A stretch of 64,000 nucleotides of DNA from Octopus vulgaris (lineage: Eukaryota): positions 38,254,001 to 38,318,000 of the forward strand of contig OX597836.1 in the NCBI GenBank assembly GCA_951406725.2, read 5' to 3'. Of the stretch, positions 1-64,000 are shown piece by piece. Under the pieces are notes generated by a model. That model was not told the DNA's origin and searched no databases. It saw nothing but the letters and a program-made list of their open reading frames with translations. A program made the translations under genes and the position numbers. Every line of letters begins with the position of its first letter. Within the stretch, counting starts at the first letter, position 1.

Positions 1-704
1 CTATATGTACTAGTTTTGTTGTTGTTATTTAGCTCTCACAACCATGACTGAGTGAGCTTAGGTTGGAGATATTTTAGCCATGACAGTTTCATCATTTTGG
101 ATATTAGATACTGTATAATTTAACATTTAGTGATTGGTGTAAATAAGATGTACCACTAATTTTTGTGTGAAGAATGCAATAAGGAAATGCAACATCATTT
201 TAACATTAACACATTTTTCTATTGTTGTGAGTGAAAACATTGAGCTACAGCGTCTCAGTCAAAATATATACAATACTCACATAGAGAGTTCATAGAAAAT
301 ACTGGAGTTAACACAGCTTAAGCAAAACATTTTGTAAATAACAAGTATACATTGCTGAACATATGGTCAGAGAAATAATAGCAGTGGTCAGAACATTTCA
401 GTGTAGCTCGTGCCTGCTGTCCTGGTGGAGGCAGAGAGAGAGAGAGAGAGAGATCTGTGCTTCTTGGCGTCTTAGCAGTGAGAGAAAGACAAAGATCACA
501 ACCACTGGAATATATAGGTATCAGCTGCAACACTACCTGTTGGTGTTTACCAACAGATACGCTAGTCTACTACAAATGTATTCTTCCATTTCTAACATGT
601 TATATGAACTCATTGAAGTCCCCTTATTTGTAGGGATGTGACCATTCATGTAGCTATATGCGTGTGCACATATATCTACATATATCTCGATGCATGTATA
701 TATA

Positions 705-1948
705 TTGGGTCATCCCATAAATAATGCATTTTTTTATCACAGCTCTTTTTTAATCTAAAATATACTCTCCTTCATTTTATACACTGCTCTTTCACCTATC
801 TGGTAGACTTGCAAGGCCCCTCTTCGAAAATTCACTTGTCTGTGATGAAAAATACTCCTCCAGTACTGTTCTTACCTCATCTACAGAATTTATATTTTTT
901 CTGTCCAAATGATTTTGAAGACTATGGAATAAATGATAATCAGATGGAGCAATGTCCAATGAACATGGTGGGTGGGGCATCGTTTCTCATTCAAACTGTT
1001 CCAGCCTTTGGAATGTCATCTTCGCTGTAGGTGACCTATCATTATCCTGATGGAAGAACACCTTTCATCTTGAAACCAAAGATGGTCATTTTTCTTCTAG
1101 CGCTGACTTAAGCCACTCAAACTGCTTGCAGTAAATTTCCTTTGTTATCGTTTGGTTTGGGTTTAAAAGTTCAAAGTAGACCATACAGGTAACAACACTT
1201 CACATGGGTGAAGACCTTCTTTAACCTGGAGTGCTGGTGTTTCTTTTTTCTCTACCCACTGTCTTCAGTGCTTGATATTTTTATAGAGAGCCTATTTCTC
1301 ATCACCAGTCACTATTCAATCCAAAAAAGGTTCATTCATGAGATGTGACAGCAAAGAAGTGCTCACATTCACTCTCTGCATGTGATTAGACTTGGAAAGT
1401 TTGTAAGGAACCCATTGGCCCAATTTGTTGACTTTTCCGATGGCATGCAGGTGTCGATGACTGATGGCTGGTTGAATGACCAAATCCAAGCTTCTCTGCT
1501 AGTTCATCAACAGTTATGATGGGATTTTGTTCAACCGGGGTTTGCAGGACAGCCTTGTTGAGCACTACAGATCTTCCAGGACAAGGCTCATCTTGTAGGC
1601 TATAGTTTCCAACTCAGAATTTCTGGAACCACAGTTGACACTGGCTTACGCTTATTGTCCGATCCCCATAAACTGCCTTAATATTCCTCGCACTTTCCTT
1701 TGTGTTGTTGCCTTTATTGAACTTATAAAGAAAAACATGCTGAATATACTCTTATATCGCTTCCATTATAGCTTTGAAAAAATAACTGTTAACATTGAAC
1801 TGCACTCTTTAAAACTTGCACTAAGAATAAGGCAAAGGTAAAATTACTACCTGCTTTTATAGCAAGTTGATGCAGGTAGTTTATCCCATTTCCCACTGAC
1901 TTTTAGTTCAGGCAATTGAAAAACCACATTATTTATGGGATGACCCAA
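705..1948 (-). mobile_element. Full-length decayed mariner transposon
   Basis: TIRs TTGGGTCATCCCATAAATAATG at both ends, TA flanks, 1244 bp; minus ORF HPPCSLDIAPSDYHLF matches the mariner HPPYSPDLAPSDY motif; frame broken. Confidence 0.93.
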
Positions 1949-4900
1949 TATATGTGTGTGTGTATGTGCGTGCTTATATATATATATTTACACATACGTA
2001 TACATGTGTGTATATATGTATAAAGTTTCGTTATCCCTCTCCTCTCAAAGATTTTCTATTCTCCTGTCATTTCTTTTATTTCCTCATCTATCTGACCATA
2101 GTATTGTAACATTAACAAAAACATTTCATTCTTGTAGCATCAGGTTTATTCCACTGCTGAAACTAATATTTTGTGCTGATGCTGAACATCTCATCAGTGG
2201 GGGTGGGTTTCTTTGGATTCTACTTGTTAGCTGTTAAATCTTTTTCAAATCTACTTTGAAATACAGCATCTTTCATAATCATGTTGTTTTTTATATATAT
2301 TGTACAGCATTCTTGAATCTTTTAGTTGAAATTTTTTATTTGTTTATTATCCTCATTTTTTACCAAAAATGACCCGAATATAGAAAAGTTTAGTGCAGCT
2401 GAAAATGTATCTTCCTCTAAATCAATATTTTATTAATGAAGAATAAGCACGATTCCTATCAACAACAAATGCCTTAAAGGAAATAATTAATAGTTGAAGA
2501 CGTTTTAAATCACTTAAAACAATGTCACACTATTGACTAAAGGCTGTTAATTTATATAAATACTAAATTAAATTTATTGTATGCATTACCTTACATGCTG
2601 TAAGTAAAGTGTGGCTAAGCTATTCCATTTGTTGATATAGTTTCCAAAGGTCTTAATTATACATATTTCAAAAATTTTCCCCAACATATTGATGCTATAA
2701 TTATCATAAACTTTTGCCAAGAATCAAAAATATCATGTCCTATATATTTTTATTTCACTTTATATGATATTCTGATGAAATAGTTAGCTAGGTCTTAGAA
2801 TAGATATGAACTTCCCTACAGTTTCAAATAATTTAGGTCATTATCAAAAGAATCAGTAAATGTTTTAAATGCTTCTTCAACTGAGTTTATCAGTCCTTTG
2901 TAAACCTATTAACTATTTCATTTTAAAAGGTAATTAAGATTCATACAATTAGTTATCTACTAATAAATGTATTGCCTATACTTTCAGTATATCTATATGA
3001 TTTAATTTTATGCTATCTTTATATAATATTGTATCTATATAAATTAATTTGATTTATATATTACAGATTGTTTCATAGCTTTATGATACAGTCAAACTTA
3101 TATAATTCGCTCTTAGTTACCAATTCAATAATTACTCTCTTTAACTACTCATTCAAATCCAAAATATTTTAGCCATTCCAGTTTTAAGTACATGGCCAAA
3201 CTTTTCACTTAGAATTGTTTGTACCATCCTAAGTGCATTTTATTCTTTATTTGCTGTCAATTTCAAAGTAGCACTAAATATAAATTATTACTCAACATTC
3301 AAGATCATCCAAACCCTTTATTTAATGGTTTTTTAGTGTTGCATGAGGTGCCATAACTTTAAAACTACATTAACATTTACTAGACATTTAAGAATTGATA
3401 TACATTGGTAGAAAAATATTTTTTCTAAGACAGCTTGGTATACCTTCATATTTGAATCATGTTGGAAAAATTTTCTACAATGTCAAATCAGGGCAAAACT
3501 CATGGTAAGATCATTTTCTTTTTTTTATACTTTGCTTAAAAAATGGATATATCATTCAAGGAAATCATAGAAAAATTAAAATCTCAGTCAAGTTTGAAAT
3601 AATTCAGTAATTTAAAGATCACATAACATTTAATAGTGAATTTTTTACTTGAAAATTCTAATGAGATACCAGTTTGACAAAATCGTTAACAACAAAATTA
3701 TAAGATAATGTACTTCATACATTGGACTTTTGTTTGAAAGTAATTGCAACAAATTAAATGATCATGTAACTTCCGGTATCTCTACTATAACAACAACAAC
3801 ATGATATAATAATTGCGGTGATCACAAAAGATAATTACAGGTATTGTCTTTGTTTCCGAGTTATACACATTTCATTGCTGATTAATATTTAATACACATT
3901 TATTCTTGAGATTCCTGTTAATTTTGAAAGTCATAGATAGAAAGTTTTTTTAATAACTTTCCTGCTTAAATTATTATCACATTAATTTTCACATTAGTAG
4001 ATCACTTCTTAATCCCACTGTCAGCTTGACATAGTTCCAAGCTTGAACCATTGAGATAAATTCAATGTTATTTTCTACCTTTCCACATAGTTCACGTTGC
4101 ATGCAATTAAAATTATAATGCTTATCACATGTATAAACTACTTTCCAAATGTATTGTGTTCTTCCAAATTGTGTTATGTAAGTTATTTACTATTAATTTT
4201 ATACAATACTTACAATATCTTGTCCAAAAATACTGAATTATGTCGTTTTTAGTTACTACTAGCTTTGTCATAGTTTTATTCTGCAAAACAAAGATGATTG
4301 TGAAATTTCAAATATATCCCAAATTATATAAAAAATTGTATGTGGTTGCTTTTCAAACAAAGTAAAAAATTGTAGTAAATGTAGATATATGAGAGAATAA
4401 ACATTATACAGCAAAGAATTGCAGAGAAAACACACACACACACGCACACATACACCAAATTGTTGTTAATATTTTGAATCACATTACCATATATTCAGTT
4501 ATTTGAATAATTGGCAATGCAAACCTCAAGTTAATGATAAAAGAAGATTCAGCTTCTAAAACAATGTAAGAACTCTGTGTATTAAATACATTTTCATTGT
4601 AAACACAGTGTTTACCACATACCAACATAGCATCAATTAAAGTCATGATAATAAGTTTTAGGCAGAGTTTTTAAATATGAGAAAAAAGACAATAAAAGGC
4701 ATATTTTTCCTTATTGGCCTCTTGAATTCAAAAACTTTTATGCAGATAATCTTTGAAAGAAACCAGTTACAACAACCTGAATGCCCCTTCTCAACAATGC
4801 ACACAAGCATAGATTGATCAGTCAATTTATCATGATCAAGTTTTAGATATTATACATAACGAAAAGAAACTGTTTTATTTTACTAACAGTAACACAAACT

Positions 4901-5359
4901 AAAATTGTTACTGAAACACAGTCTCTTGAATAATTGTTTCTGTATTTTAACTCGTGTCCATTAATATTAATCATGAGTTGGTTTAGTCTTTCCACCAGAA
5001 CACCCATCATTGATCAAAGATTTATATGGGACATGGCTTACAAACATAAATATTTTTTTAACTATTATTAGACTTTACAAGAGTTCAACTGTGCTGCTAT
5101 TAGAGTACTAAATTATTACTGGAGTGCACTACAGTGTTATTGAGTTTTTTGGGGTTTTTTTTTTATTCAAGTGTTAATGTAGAACAGGAGTACTATAGAA
5201 CTATTCCTGGAGTATTGCTGAAGTATCACAGAAATATTAGTAAACTGTTACTAATTTCCTAGTTCATGGATCTTTTTTTATTCTTTCTCTTTCACTCTGT
5301 TAATCTATTTCCTTTACATACATGCATGCACATCTACACACATCCTATAAATTCGACAT

Positions 5360-6660
5360 TCCTTAGTATCTGTGTAGATGTAGATTTCATTCTCTCCTCT
5401 GCACTGCTCTCAAAAACTTTTAGTTACTTTGACTCTAAATCTTCCTTTTGCAATGCCTCTGCTCTTCTAAGCTCCAACAACTCTGACCATATCTCTTTTG
5501 TTTTTGACAACATGTATTTCACTTGATCTTTCTCTGAAGTCATCGACTTCATTCCTCACAACTCACCTTGGCTCTCACATTCATTTCATACAAATGTTAC
5601 CTTTGCAGCAAATCAAATCTTTTGCAATCTTTAACTCTGTTTAACAATTAGCTTCATCCCCTATCTTCCCTGATTGATGTAGATACTCAAAGTACAAGAT
5701 TTGTTTTTCTCATTTAAACCTAACCTCCTTCTAAACTGTCTGTAGTTTAGCAAACATCCACATACTAAGCAATGCTGATCCAGACCCTAGTGCATGTGCT
5801 TTATTCCTCATCCATCAGAGACAGTTAAGCAGGTGATTGAAATCTTAATTATGTCTCACACTTACAAATTGGATAGCTTTTACCCTTTGATACATCTACA
5901 TCTCAAATATGATGGGTACCTCCATGCATCAGAGAACCTGGAAGCATGTCCACTTCCTGCAGCACTGCAAATCATTTTGGTCTCCTGCCAGATTTATCTC
6001 TACAAATTTTTATGGAGTTCTTCTTCTCTTCACTTAACCATGACAGTTTCCAATATACCCCCACAGAAATCCTCTTCATTTATTGATCCACCCAGCCCAC
6101 ACTGTGCATACTATTTCATCCAAGGTAAATTTCATCCAAGATATTTCCTCTCCACTCCACCAATCTCATCAGCAAGTGCACGTACACTTAAAATATAAAA
6201 ACAGCTTTGGTCATATCAAATTAACATGATCATTGACTTTTGTTAATGTCCTCCCATTACCCTCAAAGAATGTACTATAGAACTAGCATCTATGCTCATC
6301 AAGTTCTTCATTATTACTGTCATTCCAGAGATCCATCCAGTTATTTGTAAACATGCACTATGTGTGTCTTCTTCCCATCTAGGCAACTCTTCTACCAACA
6401 TATTCTTACATCCTACATCTAAAAAGTGAGAGAGTCAGTCGTTAACAGCTACCTTTTCCAATATCTTGAATCTCTCTTTAAAGATCACCAATATTTTTTA
6501 AACCTAGATCTGCCATTGTCTCAGGCTCACAATAACCACTTCTCTTAATCCTAACTTCCCAAAATATGCTCATTGTTCTCCATGTAGCTGTTTGAGAGAA
6601 ACATTATTTATGCTGATTTCATTGGTCTCAGATGTCCTCTAATGGTCATGGGTTCAGCCA
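5360..6660 (+). mobile_element. Decayed CR1/L2-like LINE fragment
   Basis: Broken translation ITLKECTIELASMLIKF and ESVVNSYLFQYLES..KDHQY resembles the start of an RT domain; boundaries approximate. Confidence 0.6.
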
Positions 6661-7206
6661 CTTCTTTCAGACCAAACCAACAAAAAAAAACAAAAAACAA
6701 ACACAATAGTAAAAGTTTTAAAAAAATTTATTATATGACACAAAAATTCTCTCTTATATTTGCACATTTCAATTTTGTTTAAAATGACAATTCACATTCA
6801 GTAATGAATTTAATCTGTTTATGCAAATTTTCATTAAATTACTTTTATTGGATTTTAAAATTAATGTAATTTGACTGCAAAAAGTAGTTATGTATGCAAA
6901 GAGTTTCTACTTTAGAATTACTGTTACAGCAATAAACTTATATTTTGTGCTTATAAAGTTTATCATAAACTTAATTGTGAAATGTTTGTTCATGACTTTT
7001 TATACTTTAGTGTAAGAATGTATTCATTCAATCATAAATTTCCATTTATGGTCTGATCGAATGTCAGTGAATGTAGAATCTCAATATATAGCAAATAGAA
7101 AATAACAGTACATTTAGTGGATTTCTTAATTAATTTGTATAAATCATAACAATTGCAAAAGTTTTCATCACTTCATAATGGAAATTATACTTTTATTTTG
7201 TGAAAG

Positions 7207-63290
<56,084 letters not shown>

Positions 63291-64000
63291 GTAATATTCA
63301 GTTCCATATCTTGTCAGAATTTTTTTATCATTTCTAGCAGATTCATAATATTTCATTTATAATAAAAATTTATATCATCTTTGTCCAAAACCATATCTAT
63401 CTCAATTATATGAACTTGAGTGTGTGTATATATGCACACACACATACATATATATATAGGTATATTATATATGTTGTGTATTATATATTTGATATAAATA
63501 TATATATGTATTATATCATAGTAATTTTTAAAATGTCACAAAATATTATATACACACAATATTAAATATATGCGTGTGTGTGTGGAGAAATAGTTAAATT
63601 TGACATGCTTTTGTGCCTGCTATGAAGGTGCACATATATCTGTGTGGACTGGAATGTCTGCTGACAGGCCATTGGAATTAATAAACTGTCAAACACTTGT
63701 AATATGCAAATTAGAAGCTGCAGTTCTTTGAGTTCCTAAATTCAAATCTATTAGTATCTTGTTCTATAATCGATTTTGTTGCATAATACACACATTCATA
63801 TAGACATATTTATATAGAAACACATACAACTATCCATTTATGTATATGTACAAACACATACACATATGTATACATACATGCATGTTCACTTACACAAGTT
63901 TACTTATCAATCTATATATGTATATACTAGCTGGTGTACCCAGTAATTCCCAGCGGTAAAGATGTTCTGTTGAAACAATTTATTAATCTGATATAAAAAA

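Noticed and set aside
3502-3510. ATG|GTAAGA as a possible first coding exon
   Set aside because: Phase 0 donor with no identifiable signal-peptide exon linking it to the phase 1 series
63926-63960. ACTAGC...ACCC start resembling a Helitron/DINE-like terminus
   Set aside because: Truncated by the window edge; too short to call

Overview
AT-rich eukaryotic genomic DNA with long introns, (TA)n/(TATG)n microsatellites and SINE/LINE/DNA-transposon remnants. The repeat complement resembles a cephalopod such as Octopus (inference). The window is the interior of one + strand gene, or possibly two tandem genes, for a large extracellular multi-VWA protein (collagen VI / matrilin-like). I can trace 9 single-exon VWA domains (561-576 nt) and 13 microexons of 12-42 nt, mostly Pro/Thr-rich and none visible as separate exons in the ORF track. 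All 22 exons are phase 1-1 with lengths divisible by 3 and join into an open frame of about 1828 codons. No start or signal-peptide exon and no Gly-X-Y exon was found. The introns hold two full-length decayed mariners, a Tc1-like element, hAT and mariner/Tc1 MITEs, CR1/RTE remnants, tRNA-SINEs, and several hairpin elements that each carry a degenerate minimal type-I hammerhead-ribozyme motif of the Penelope type.
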